DNA from: Eledone cirrhosa
Taxonomy: Eukaryota
Assembly: GCA_964016885.1 (NCBI GenBank)
Contig: OZ024747.1
Span: 15,438,001-15,502,000 of the forward strand
Reading direction: 5' to 3'
Length of the DNA stretch: 64,000 nucleotides
Both the position numbers and the translations under genes were made by a program. Under the pieces are notes generated by a model. The model was given only the letters and a program-made list of their open reading frames with translations. It had not been told where the DNA came from and ran no database searches. The stretch's first letter is position 1; each line of letters opens with the position of its first letter. Of the stretch, positions 12,217 through 27,878 are shown piece after piece.

Positions 12217-12398
12217 TAATAAAGACTTTTCAAGTATTGAAGGCTTCTTTGGTTTATTTTTTATAATTCTTCGACCTCTGTTTAATTACATTGAGCTATA
12301 TCTTATACTGTCATTTCTATAATATGAAGAGGGTGTTTAACTCCAACACACTCTAGTATTTTAATTCTTATTTTAATTCTTATTTATATATATATATA

Positions 12399-12452
<54 letters not shown>

Positions 12453-12456
<4 letters not shown>

Positions 12457-13691
12457 TATAGACATAGAATATTCGAAAATATTCTGTATGTTTATAATAA
12501 ACATTTTGAAGACCTAATCGCTATAGAATAGAATACGTCACGTATTACAATTAGATTCTCGATAAAAGCAAGGGAAGTAATCTACGCGTTTCATTCTCGT
12601 TAGAAATCATCAGGACTACATATCCAGTGCTTTTATCGAGAATGACACAGCTAGAGACTTATAGAATACTTAGCTGTGTACAGGAACTGGTTTGAAAGAG
12701 CGGTTGCCGGTCCGGCAGAAATTAGAAATTGGAATAAATGCTCTGAAATAGCGATATATATGTGAATATAGACATAGAATATTCGAAAATATTCTGTATG
12801 TTTATAATAAACATTTTGAAGACCTAATCGCTATAGAATAGAATACGTCACGTATTACAATTAGATTCTCGATAAAAGCAAGGGAAGTAATCTACGCGTT
12901 TCATTCTCGTTAGAAATCATCAGGACTACATATCCAGTGCTTTTATCGAGAATGACACAGCTAGAGACTTATAGAATACTTAGCTGTGTACAGGAACTGG
13001 TTTGAAAGAGCGGTTGCCGGTCCGGCAGAAATTAGAAATTGGAATAAATGCTCTGAAATAGCGATATATATGTGAATATAGACATAGAATATTCGAAAAT
13101 ATTCTGTATGTTTATAATGAACATTTTGAAGACCTAATCGCTATAGAATAGAATACGTCACGTATTACAATTAGATTCTCGATAAAAGCAAGGGAAGTAA
13201 TCTACGCGTTTCATTCTCGTTAGAAATCATCAGGACTACATATCCAGTGCTTTTATCGAGAATGACACAGCTAGAGACTTATAGAATACTTAGCTGTGTA
13301 CAGGAACTGGTTTGAAAGAGCGGTTGCCGGTCCGGCAGAAATTAGAAATTGGAATAAATGCTCTGAAATAGCGATATATATGTGAATATAGACATAGAAT
13401 ATTCGAAAATATTCTGTATGTTTATAATAAACATTTTGAAGACCTAATCGCTATAGAATAGAATACGTCACGTATTACAATTAGATTCTCGATAAAAGCA
13501 AGGGAAGTAATCTACGCGTTTCATTCTCGTTAGAAATCATCAGGACTACATATCCAGTGCTTTTATCGAGAATGACACAGCTAGAGACTTATAGAATACT
13601 TAGCTGTGTACAGGAACTGGTTTGAAAGAGCGGTTGCCGGTCCGGCAGAAATTAGAAATTGGAATAAATGCTCTGAAATAGCGATATATAT
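12453..13691 (-). repeat. 310-bp hammerhead tandem array, 4 copies (ribozyme sense on the minus strand)
   Basis: Exact period of 310. Hammerheads at 12577-12619, 12887-12929, 13197-13239 and 13507-13549. Confidence 0.95.
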
Positions 13692-15751
13692 GTAGTCCTG
13701 ATGATTTCTAACGAGAATGAAACGCGTAGATTACTTCCCTTGCTTTTATCGAGAATCTAATTGTAATACGTGACGTATTCTATTCTATAGCGATTAGGTC
13801 TTCAAAATGTTTATTATAAACATACAGAATATTTTCGAATATTCTATGTCTATATTCACATATATATCGCTATTTCAGAGCATTTATTCCAATTTCTAAT
13901 TTCTGCCGGACCGGCAACCGCTCTTTCAAACCAGTTCCTGTACACAGCTAAGTATTCTATAAGTCTCTAGCTGTGTCATTCTCGATAAAAGCACTGGATA
14001 TGTAGTCCTGATGATTTCTAACGAGAATGAAACGCGTAGATTACTTCCCTTGCTTTTGTCGAGAATCTAATTGTAATACGTGACGTATTCTATTCTATAG
14101 CGATTAGGTCTTCAAAATGTTTATTATAAACATACAGAATATTTTCGAATATTCTATGTCTATATTCACATATATATCGCTATTTCAGAGCATTTATTCC
14201 AATTTCTAATTTCTGCCGGACCGGCAACCGCTCTTTCAAACCAGTTCCTGTACACAGCTAAGTATTCTATAAGTCTCTAGCTGTGTCATTCTCGATAAAA
14301 GCACTGGATATGTAGTCCTGATGATTTCTAACGAGAATGAAACGCGTAGATTACTTCCCTTGCTTTTATCGAGAATCTAATTGTAATACGTGACGTATTC
14401 TATTCTATAGCGATTAGGTCTTCAAAATGTTTATTATAAACATACAGAATATTTTCGAATATTCTATGTCTATATTCACATATATATCGCTATTTCAGAG
14501 CATTTATTCCAATTTCTAATTTCTGCCGGACCGGCAACCGCTCTTTCAAACCAGTTCCTGTACACAGCTAAGTATTCTATAAGTCTCTAGCTGTGTCATT
14601 CTCGATAAAAGCACTGGATATGTAGTCCTGATGATTTCTAACGAGAATGAAACGCGTAGATTACTTCCCTTGCTTTTATCGAGAATCTAATTGTAATACG
14701 TGACGTATTCTATTCTATAGCGATTAGGTCTTCAAAATGTTTATTATAAACATACAGAATATTTTCGAATATTCTATGTCTATATTCACATATATATCGC
14801 TATTTCAGAGCATTTATTCCAATTTCTAATTTCTGCCGGACCGGCAACCGCTCTTTCAAACCAGTTCCTGTACACAGCTAAGTATTCTATAAGTCTCTAG
14901 CTGTGTCATTCTCGATAAAAGCACTGGATATGTAGTCCTGATGATTTCTAACGAGAATGAAACGCGTAGATTACTTCCCTTGCTTTTATCGAGAATCTAA
15001 TTGTAATACGTGACGTATTCTATTCTATAGCGATTAGGTCTTCAAAATGTTTATTATAAACATACAGAATATTTTCGAATATTCTATGTCTATATTCACA
15101 TATATATCGCTATTTCAGAGCATTTATTCCAATTTCTAATTTCTGCCGGACCGGCAACCGCTCTTTCAAACCAGTTCCTGTACACAGCTAAGTATTCTAT
15201 AAGTCTCTAGCTGTGTCATTCTCGATAAAAGCACTGGATATGTAGTCCTGATGATTTCTAACGAGAATGAAACGCGTAGATTACTTCCCTTGCTTTTATC
15301 GAGAATCTAATTGTAATACGTGACGTATTCTATTCTATAGCGATTAGGTCTTCAAAATGTTTATTATAAACATACAGAATATTTTCGAATATTCTATGTC
15401 TATATTCACATATATATCGCTATTTCAGAGCATTTATTCCAATTTCTAATTTCTGCCGGACCGGCAACCGCTCTTTCAAACCAGTTCCTGTACACAGCTA
15501 AGTATTCTATAAGTCTCTAGCTGTGTCATTCTCGATAAAAGCACTGGATATGTAGTCCTGATGATTTCTAACGAGAATGAAACGCGTAGATTACTTCCCT
15601 TGCTTTTATCGAGAATCTAATTGTAATACGTGACGTATTCTATTCTATAGCGATTAGGTCTTCAAAATGTTTATTATAAACATACAGAATATTTTCGAAT
15701 ATTCTATGTCTATATTCACATATATATCGCTATTTCAGAGCATTTATTCCA

Positions 15752-15752
<1 letters not shown>
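13691..15752 (+). repeat. 310-bp hammerhead tandem array, ~6.65 copies (ribozyme sense on the plus strand)
   Basis: tgtagtcctgatga recurs at 13691, 14001, 14311, 14621, 14931, 15241 and 15551; reverse complement of the left block. Confidence 0.95.
13692..13734 (+). ncRNA. Minimal type I hammerhead of the 310-bp monomer (first of 7 plus-strand copies)
   Basis: gtagtc-CTGATGA-t-ttct aacg agaa-t-GAAA-CGCG-TA-gattac. Palindromic ACGCGT stem III; predicted cut after A13728. Confidence 0.9.
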
Positions 15753-17962
<2,210 letters not shown>

Positions 17963-18971
17963 AGATAAGCGGAGCAAGCAAGATTCCAACAATTTTTTTA
18001 AAAAATTTAAAAATATAATTTAAATATTTACCTATTCCAATTGCTTTTACAGACGGTTTCACTTCACAAAAGATTATATATATATGAAGTAATTGGTGAG
18101 TCAACTTTCAACATATAATTGTTCAACGACTTGAATAAGGGAGCCAGAGAAGGCTTAAAGTGGCTTGGTGTCGAAATTACTTTCCTGTAAATGGTCGCAT
18201 TTTACAAATTTTCAAAAGGGAACAATTTTCTGAATAGTACGTGAAAATCTGCATTGTAGTTGAAATAGCCAGAATGTCACTTTCTCTTAGTTAATGCGAT
18301 CTAATAGGCATTTAAAAGTGTCACCAACTGTAACACACACTCTCATGCAGACAAATATACCCCTACACACATAGACACAGACACACAGACACAGACACAG
18401 ACACACACACACACACACACACACATATATGTATATATATATATTCACATACAAACATACATACATACATGCATACATTACATATATACATACATACATA
18501 CATACATACATACATACATAGGCGTATATGTTTATATAGTGAATTAAAAATGCATTCAACTATGAAGACTATCTTTTGTACTGTTTAGTAAGCTAGACAA
18601 ATGATATAAGACTTAGCCGGCGTTGTTGCTGTCATCTTGCTTTTGTCACAAGTGGTAATTTATTAACTAAATATATAGACACGCGAACATAGAGCACAGA
18701 CTGAAAAGTTTGAGGTTATGGAATACCATAATCAATATAAACAATAGTGTGAAAGTTGCAAAGAAGATAAATAGTGCTAACGAACGATAGCAAATATTGA
18801 TTCTTCACAGTCATATACAATTCTATTAGGTGTTATACCTCCTTTTGCTATTACAATCCCATCTGTTGTTTTTTTTCTTGTATTCTCCCCCCCCTATCTC
18901 TCTCTCTTTCTCTCGCTTTATATATATATATACAGTATATATACATATATATATACATATATATATTTATA

Positions 18972-19092
<121 letters not shown>

Positions 19093-19109
19093 TCGTATAT
19101 ATATATATG

Positions 19110-19281
<172 letters not shown>

Positions 19282-19299
19282 CATATATATATGTATATG

Positions 19300-19345
<46 letters not shown>

Positions 19346-19408
19346 CATATATATATATATATATATATATTTCGTTTCTGAATTGGCAACATGACCCTCC
19401 CAAAGTAT

Positions 19409-19451
<43 letters not shown>

Positions 19452-20024
19452 TATATACATGCATATATATATATATACATATACACATACACACACACAT
19501 GTATATGTATTTATATATATAATATATATATATAGATATTTAGATATAGATATGAATATACTTATGTGTATGTATGTATACATGTATCTATTCATAGATG
19601 CCACTATGACTATATGTAGCTGAATAAATGTGTTGCAATTTTTGTAAAAAAAAAAAAAGTAGAATACATAAAAACTATTTTCACACAGCTAAAGTCTTTA
19701 TGGTTTAAAACCAATATAAAATATCATTTCATCTACTATTTATTTTATTTTTTCATTCTGTCTTTGTCGTTCTCAATTAGACCGAAACAAAGTTGAAAAA
19801 TAAAAGATTACAGATAGTATTTCTCTCTTTGTGTCCTCATACAATAAACTTTCAATACATATGTGAAGTGTGACAGCTGTAAAGACAATTAAACACCACT
19901 CCCTACCACATTTACTTGATTGAGCTCGACTTCGAAACCTAAGCACCTCTAAAGCTGTTTAATACAATATTTTTATTTTTTAAAGAAAGAATAAAAAAAA
20001 AAATTACACACACACATATATATA

Positions 20025-20082
<58 letters not shown>

Positions 20083-20111
20083 TAATATATGTAATATATA
20101 TATAATATATG

Positions 20112-20161
<50 letters not shown>

Positions 20162-20916
20162 TATAAATATGTATGTATATATATATATATGTAAATATAT
20201 ATGTAAATATATATATATATATAAAGTAAATTTCTTTTCAAATATTCGTTTACAACATTTTTCCTTTGCAAACTGGCAAGATATAATTTTTTTTCTTTTC
20301 AAAATATTAATAAATGAAATCTACTCTTATAAGTTTTGTTGCTCCTAAAGCGGGTATTGAATGTGGTGGTGGTATAGTTAGTGATGTTGCCTGTATATAT
20401 AGTGAGGGTGCTGGTAATTTCTTTTTTTTTTTTTTTTATTAGACAAGCATGTGTTGTGCAAGTGCGCAGGTTTATGTATGGAGTTTTCAACAAAGAATAT
20501 TAGAGAGAAGTAACGAACAAAATATAAAGGGTGGTAGATGAAGGACATAGAAAAAATGAAGAGAAGTTAGAAATTAAGAAAGGAAGTGGAAAAAAATATA
20601 GAAAAATTTGCTGAAAAAATATCAAGGAGTGAGGGAGGAATAGAAGAATGTACGGGAGAAAAAATACGACAGCAAAAACGTCTCTTTTTCTCTGTTTTGT
20701 TCCTTTATGAATGCATGCCGGCATTTGTGAAGTACGACGTTCGATTCTCCGTCGTGGCTGTAGACCACTTCCTTCTATTTATAGGAGTACTCAATCTGAT
20801 TTTCTTAGTGATTAGTTATAGAAATCTACTGTCGTTACAGGTTTTTTCTACGTTTTAGATATCTATATTTTCTAGTCAATCTACTCTACTCATCGTTTCA
20901 ATAGTCTAATATATAT

Positions 20917-20988
<72 letters not shown>

Positions 20989-21034
20989 GATATTAAATAA
21001 ATGGAAACTATATTTATAAAACCATATTTATTTC

Positions 21035-21089
21035 ATTATACATATTTCAGGGATACCAAATTAAAATATGGTATGCCTTCATCAGACAA
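21035..21089 (-). ncRNA. Degenerate type I hammerhead in a TA-inserted repeat (20985-~21160; terminal fragment also at 46944-46996)
   Basis: Reverse complement reads ttgt-CTGATGA-aggcatacca...tggtatccct-GAAA-tatg-TA. Stem II pairs 9 of 10; stem I is decayed. Confidence 0.65.
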
Positions 21090-21340
21090 AATACAATATA
21101 TAAACAGTTTTATAAATAATGTTGACGTACCCTATTAGTTGCAACCATTATTTTTGGAAGCTGTCTGGATAGTGAGATGTTTATAATTATTTTATTAGTT
21201 ATAGTGTTAAGCACAGTTAGAAAAAAGTCAGAGAGAAAGAAAAAACGGAGAGAGAGAAGGTGAGAGAAAAAGAAGGAGAGAGAGAAAAGGAAGGAATGTA
21301 TGCCGAAAAGAATATATATATATATATACTATACATTATG

Positions 21341-21524
21341 AGGATTGGCAGTACCAGTAGAGGGTCGGACGCCATGCTTTGACGCATAGAGTTACGGTCC
21401 TTGCCATTCTGAGTTCAAATCCCGCCGAGGTTAACTTTGCCTTTCATCCTTTCGGGGTCGATAAAATAAAGTACCAGTAATACACTGGGTTAATTGCTGG
21501 CCTTGTGCCAAAAGTAGAAACAAT
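21341..21524 (+). mobile_element. tRNA-derived SINE family A, near full length
   Basis: A box tggcagtaccagtagag, B box gagttcaaatccc, family core. Confidence 0.9.
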
Positions 21525-21788
21525 TATGTCCTTAGAACCATTTGATAAGATATATATACTCGACTTCCTCTCCCAATTAGCATAATCAACCACACAAAAA
21601 AACAATTAAACCAGGCTATAAGATTAAAAGGCACTCGTGAAAAAATAATAGATAAATAAACGATACCCATATATTCGCAATCAACAGCCATAGAATATTT
21701 ACCCATCATTTCAATAGCACGTGGAAATCGATTAAATATATCGTCAACCATACACAATTAGGTATAAAAATAAAGTTACAAGAAAAAA

Positions 21789-21837
<49 letters not shown>

Positions 21838-21928
21838 GTTTCTACTTTAGGCACAAGGCCAGCAATAACCAAGTGCATTACTGTTACTTTATTTTTATCG
21901 ACCCCGTAAGGATGAAAGGCAAAGCCAA

Positions 21929-21965
<37 letters not shown>

Positions 21966-23116
21966 ATGAGTGTTAAACACAGATATATACATATACGTGT
22001 TCAAATCAGAAGGGACCTAAAATTCTTCCCTTGGGCTATTTTAATTGTAAGGGTCTGGGTTTCTAACTCAATATATACTTTTGTTATATATATAGCAGTT
22101 ATGGTCTTTAATGCGAGATGGACGTTCTTCAACATTATCAGAAAACGCTTCACAAAAGAAAGTATTTTGGTAGCGTTTTCTGGTAATGTTGAATCACAGC
22201 CTTGGAGAACGATCTCGCGCAGGACGTCCATCTCGTTTTAAAGACAACTGCGTGAGCTGGTGAAAGCCGGAAGTGGTTGGGCACCGAAACCAACCAACCT
22301 CATTCACTTTCATGCAACAAATAAGTGTTTAATCTGGACCAATGAGTGCCCCAGAATCTAAATGAACATATTCGTGAATGGCGCTCGGCTGTTGCGATTT
22401 CTTTCAGGGATAACGAAGCGGTTAATATCTTTATGTATATTATTAGATGACACACATTTATTGGGAGTAAATGATTACTGTTAATTAGTTTCATGTTAAT
22501 TTTTAAATTGTTAGTATTCTATACCAGGCATTTTGTAAAATCTACATCTTTTTGTTTTAATTGTCCATATAGAAACTTCAAAGTGAACTGGTTTATTCTT
22601 TTTATTTTGTGGTAGTGTTAACTAGGTTACTTCAATATTTACTGAAGAGAAATTTGTGACAGCTTTCATTTCATGTCCCTGTGCACTCTAATGAGGTTTT
22701 TATGATTGTAATCGTAAAATTTTATGATTGTAATCGTAACCGTACACAAGGTAATGGCTGACCTTTTTGCTCTGCTAGAGATGTTGCTTCAATCTTACAA
22801 TCGTGTCTCGTCTGATGTTAATAATGGTTTAAGATCACGGTTGTCGAACTTGCGTCAGAAACACAATCTCGTTACATACCCAATAATGTTAAATTTCTCT
22901 GAAACATTGAGTAGTTTGGGAGATCATATCCATGTTGTTAAGCTCTTCTATTAACCAATTGTAGGTGTCAGGTTTGACACAGCGAAGGTGCTGTGAGCGA
23001 CATGTTTATTGTAATCAGAGATCTTATTTTCTTAACACTCTTGAGGTATTCATTTCTTTTGTCACATTATTAATGAGTCTGTCATAATTTACATTCTCAT
23101 AATGCGAATATAGTGA

Positions 23117-23300
23117 AGGATTGGCAGTATCGGTAGAGGTTCGGACGCCATGCTTTGCAGCAAAGAGTTACGGCCCTTTATGATCTGAGTTCAAATCTCG
23201 TCGAGTTTAACTTTGCCTTTCATCCTTACGGGGTCGATAAAATAAAGTACCAAAAATACACTGGGATAATTACTGGTCTTGTACCAACAGTAAAAACAAT
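23117..23300 (+). mobile_element. SINE family A
   Basis: Homologous to 21341-21524. Confidence 0.9.
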
Positions 23301-23754
23301 TATTACAAGGTCGTTCATCTCTATATGTTTTCGAGAGGATACATGTTTTCCTCATAGTTACAGCTAAAGGCACTTTTAAACTCATATAATTTCAATCCAA
23401 TGTCTGTAAATGGTTCACTTGTTTGAGATCAGTGTACGAAAGTCTTTCCTGTTGTTTTCAAACGAATGATATGGTTCTAGCATAATTTATATCTGAATTA
23501 AATCATGTAATTTCTCTACTTAATATATTATGTACCTATTTAACTGGTTTTTCCTTCCGTTCCTCCTCGGAAAACAATTCTGACTGACGATTCTGTCAGT
23601 ACAGAGATGAAACTCCCACCGATTAGCTATATTAAAGAATATATATAGATGTGTGTGTGTGTGATGATGAGTGTGTGTATGTGTGCGCGCGTCTGTGTTT
23701 GTGTATATGTCTATATATGTGCGTATATATATAGACATATATATATGTGTGTAT

Positions 23755-23822
<68 letters not shown>

Positions 23823-23922
23823 AAATGTGTGTGTGTGTGTAAGCACGTGTAAATTATATGCAATATTTCCCTATTACATTATTTTCTGCAGTCAATATAG
23901 AGTGTAAGCTTCTAATTCTAAT

Positions 23923-24002
<80 letters not shown>

Positions 24003-24048
24003 GTATATACATACATACATACATACATACATATGTAAAATATATATG

Positions 24049-24090
<42 letters not shown>

Positions 24091-25597
24091 GTGGCGATTA
24101 TATATATACATATATTCATATACAAACCCATATATACTTATATATATTTCGTAGTCACATTTATATATTTTCTGTTTTTGTTCTTATTAATACGTTTTGT
24201 ATATATACATAAATGCATGAATGATTAAAACTATATATTTTCAATTTTATATGAGTCGATATATTTTACTGGATTTTAACTGTCTTTATTGTTTCAATTA
24301 AACCATTAACAGCAGGTAATGTATAATCTCTCTGTAAACATAAAAATATCCTTTTAAAAAGTTTCCCTTGCTTTATTTAAGTTCACAACTCAACACATTT
24401 CCATAAAGTATTGACGTGAATGTAAACCTAATTTTTTTTTTTACATTTTACTTTTTTGTCATTCTTTACAGTTTTGCCTTTACTTCTATTCTACGCATGT
24501 ATAAATGAAAATTTAAAATTCCAATAAATGAAACACTTATTATTAGTAAATAAACTCTTCTTATTTTCACTTATATATTCAGAGATCTTAAAGTGAAAAG
24601 TGTTATTCTTTTATTTTGTTTCGAATAAAATTTGCAAAATTCAGGAAAATTTGTCGAATGATATTTAAACATTATTTGCAAATAATGGATAGTTTGCAAC
24701 CTCTTAGAATTTAATATCGTATTAAATTGTATCCACTAAAAGTTTGAATAGCTATTTTCTTTTAAACCATTACTTCGTCTTTAAAGGTTCCTTCAAAATT
24801 AGAAATGTTTTGGAATTACTTGAGAAATCCTTGGCTCTGTCGCTACATTACTGGACTTCAATCTGAATGATTGAAAGTTCATTTCCTTTTGAGGGCACAG
24901 AAGAATCTAGCTTCAAAGAATATCTACCTCAAAATTGGAAGAGTTATTATTGTTGACTCTATAAATGAGCGTATCTATGTCGAGGATTAATTATCTGTGT
25001 ATAATGAACCAATCCAGTTAATCCTTCCCTTTCTGTAATGTCTGTTTTGAGATAAATTTGTTACAACGCATCATTAATATTACATACGCAAATGCTTTTA
25101 CAAAGAGTAGTGATGTGAAAGATAAGCCCGGATTTTCAGAAATTCTCCATAGAACCCAGCTTGAAAGTTCTACGGAAGAGTCTAAGAGATAAGTAGATTT
25201 CAAAGATGTCGAAATGTTGACTATTTCGGGCCTGTCTGAAATCCTGGTCTTGCTGATGCCTGTCAGATATCTAGCTAGATCTGAGATCATTGAGCAAGCG
25301 ACCTTGCGTCCAGGACGACCCCTATTCGAAATATCCCCTTGTCTGGAAAGATTTACGTGAAAAGAAAGGAAACGGGAGATTACTTATCATCAATAAAATG
25401 TATGTATTTGTTGCTGGCTATTTATAGCTGTTCCTAGATGTATGTTCTTAATAGTAACATATTTTAGGATTGTACATTCATGAAATTTGAATAAATAATG
25501 CTCTGCAAAATTTAAATTTTAGACTGTATAAAGCTATCTTAGCTGAATTATGGTGTAATATGATTGAAATGAATTTTATTTTCTTCCACTCCACGCC

Positions 25598-25786
25598 ACC
25601 GATGTTATCCAAGGGAAAGGCAATGGCCGATACAGCTTGACACCATTGACGTCGCAACTCATTTCCACAGCTGAGGAAACTGGAGCAACGTGAAATAAAC
25701 TGTTTTGCTCAAGAACACAACGCACCGCCCCGTTGCGGGATTTGAACTCACAACCTTACAGTTGTGAACTCAACGCTCTAGCCACG
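25598..25786 (-). mobile_element. tRNA-derived SINE family D (also 44287-44450 plus, 60575-60695 minus)
   Basis: B box gagttcaaatccc followed by the core gtgttcttgagcaa...tttatttcacgttgctcc. Confidence 0.8.
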
Positions 25787-26678
25787 TCTCTATACATTGT
25801 ATGCATGTCTGCGCGAACACATATTTTTTTTACTAGCGAGATGATTCGCTGAAAACATAGAAGAACAGGTATTGAAATATATAGAATGACTGCCATATGG
25901 GGGTGACGAGCTATGGTGAGAGTTGTGTACTTTCTATTCAGGTGATATTGGCATATGTGCGAGGTCTTTACTACGCCTAAACCACCATATATGTGCATTA
26001 GCGACACAATTTTAATATTTATTCTCCGATCCGATAACATGTCCCATCAAATTTTCTAATGCTATTGAAATTCACTCTTAGCGTTACGCCCACCGTGAGT
26101 CTAGCAAACAGCCAAATAGTTTGTACCCGTTTTTACCTATTCATAATACTTTTGTAGGGCTTGAGTGTATAAAGAATGTAATATAATGTATAGCGGTTAC
26201 ATGAATACTATTCTTTGTCAGAACAAAGTTCAGAGTGTGAACTATCAATGCTAATCACTCGTGTTTGTTTGGACGGCCACTTTCCTTTCTTTGTGTCTTT
26301 AACATTCGCTTAACCTCAGTGTAACTATATTTATATATTTTATATTATCACTCACTTATAAACCCAATACTTTCTATGAGTGTTTGTTATTGTGCACAGT
26401 GACGATATTGCTACAGTAAATCATTTAGTACGTTGCACATATATACTGCCCGATTTGATGCCTTTTCTTTGTTCCTCAAATTTTTTGGTTTCTCCTGTTT
26501 TCTTTTATATTAATCTTATGAATAAAAACAGGAAACCTATAACCACGTCCTGTTAGAAAGTCAATAAAATGAATGTGGGAATACACACATAAGCGAAAAT
26601 GTTAGCAATAACAACTACAGTAACCTAACTATGGTAACGTAACTGTGTAAGATGCTAAAATACATATCTATCTATCTA

Positions 26679-26715
<37 letters not shown>

Positions 26716-26838
26716 TAAAATAACACATTAAAGTTTAAGCAAAGAATCGCTGCTTTCACCCTTAACGTGATCTTCTGATATATATTTATCCTTATCGAGC
26801 CCTCTTTGGATTTTTGTCTTCAAATTTATTATTATTAC

Positions 26839-26874
<36 letters not shown>

Positions 26875-27704
26875 TAGTAGTTTTATATGGGAATATATAA
26901 ATATCAATTTTGATTAGTCCATTAGAGAAGAAAGGGTTGTACTCATTTTCATTTTAGGTTGGTATTCAAGATTAATGGACAGAAGTTGATGTCGTCAGGA
27001 TTACATGTTACAACGAGTAATAATTAATTCTAATGAGTAGCCAAAGTATTAAATGTTCAATGCTAGATATGGATGAGGTTATTTTTGGAAATGTAGAACA
27101 ATTTAGTTTCCAAAAACTCAATTTTATCCAGACATTATATTCGCAGATCTGGTAAGCCTTGCTCATCGCCTGTACATTTGCAGTTTAACTGTGTGTGACC
27201 CAGTTGGAGTTGATTTGGTTTATGGGATTTAGTTGCCTGATGAATTTTATTAACATGCTTGTCTAATACATTGCTCAAAACTGTTTGAACACCAACGCCT
27301 TAACTGGATTGAAATGTAATATGGATTAGGAGATGTGGTCCATAGTGATGTTCATGGGTGGGTGGATATGCAAATTCGCGTGTGTATCGAGGAGGTAGTC
27401 GTGATACATGCAGGGGTCGGACATACATAAGTTTGCAGAAAAAATTACAGTTTGGTAAAGGCTTGGTTTGAAGGGAAAAATATAAAGAATATTATGAATC
27501 ACTTTCATCTGTGTGGGCGGCAATACCAATTGAGTGCGAATATTTTCAAACGATTTGATTTCAGAACCTGTAGTACCAATGAACGGAATATGAGAACAAA
27601 GAGTGGTTCAGAATATTGCTAACAGCTGTAAATTCTTATAAAGGAGGGAAATCATATAGATGACCATGATGCAGGATAATAGATGATCGAGAAATAATGA
27701 TATC

Positions 27705-27878
27705 TAGTATAGGCACAAGACCAGTAATTTGGGGGGAGGGGAAAGTCGATTAAATCGACCCCGTAAGGATGAAAGGTAAAGTTAACCTCGCCGGGATTTG
27801 AACTCAGATTATAAAGGGCCGTAACTCTATGCTGAAAAGCATAGCGTTCGACTCTCTACCGATACTGACAATCCACCG
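27705..27878 (-). mobile_element. SINE family A
   Basis: Family core and B box. Confidence 0.85.

Larger units (their letters stand above)
7950..12380 (+). mobile_element. Penelope-like retroelement 1 (Naiad-type), 5'-truncated, with inverted pLTR, inserted in (TA)n
   Basis: RT plus GIY-YIG coding region. 7950-8155 is the reverse complement of 12067-12262. Hammerheads in both arms; TA runs on both sides. Confidence 0.92.

Noticed and set aside
12453-15752. CRISPR-like array
   Set aside because: The units are identical with no unique spacers, there are no cas genes, and the context is eukaryotic.
21345-21425. tRNA genes at A/B-box motifs
   Set aside because: No cloverleaf; each continues into a SINE core.
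26712-26840. Hammerhead in the repeat family at 359-410, 1410-1476, 4732-4795 and 26712-26840
   Set aside because: The reverse complement reads CAGAAGA...GAAA-gcagc-GA; both the core and the UH site deviate. A real repeat, but the ribozyme is unsupported.
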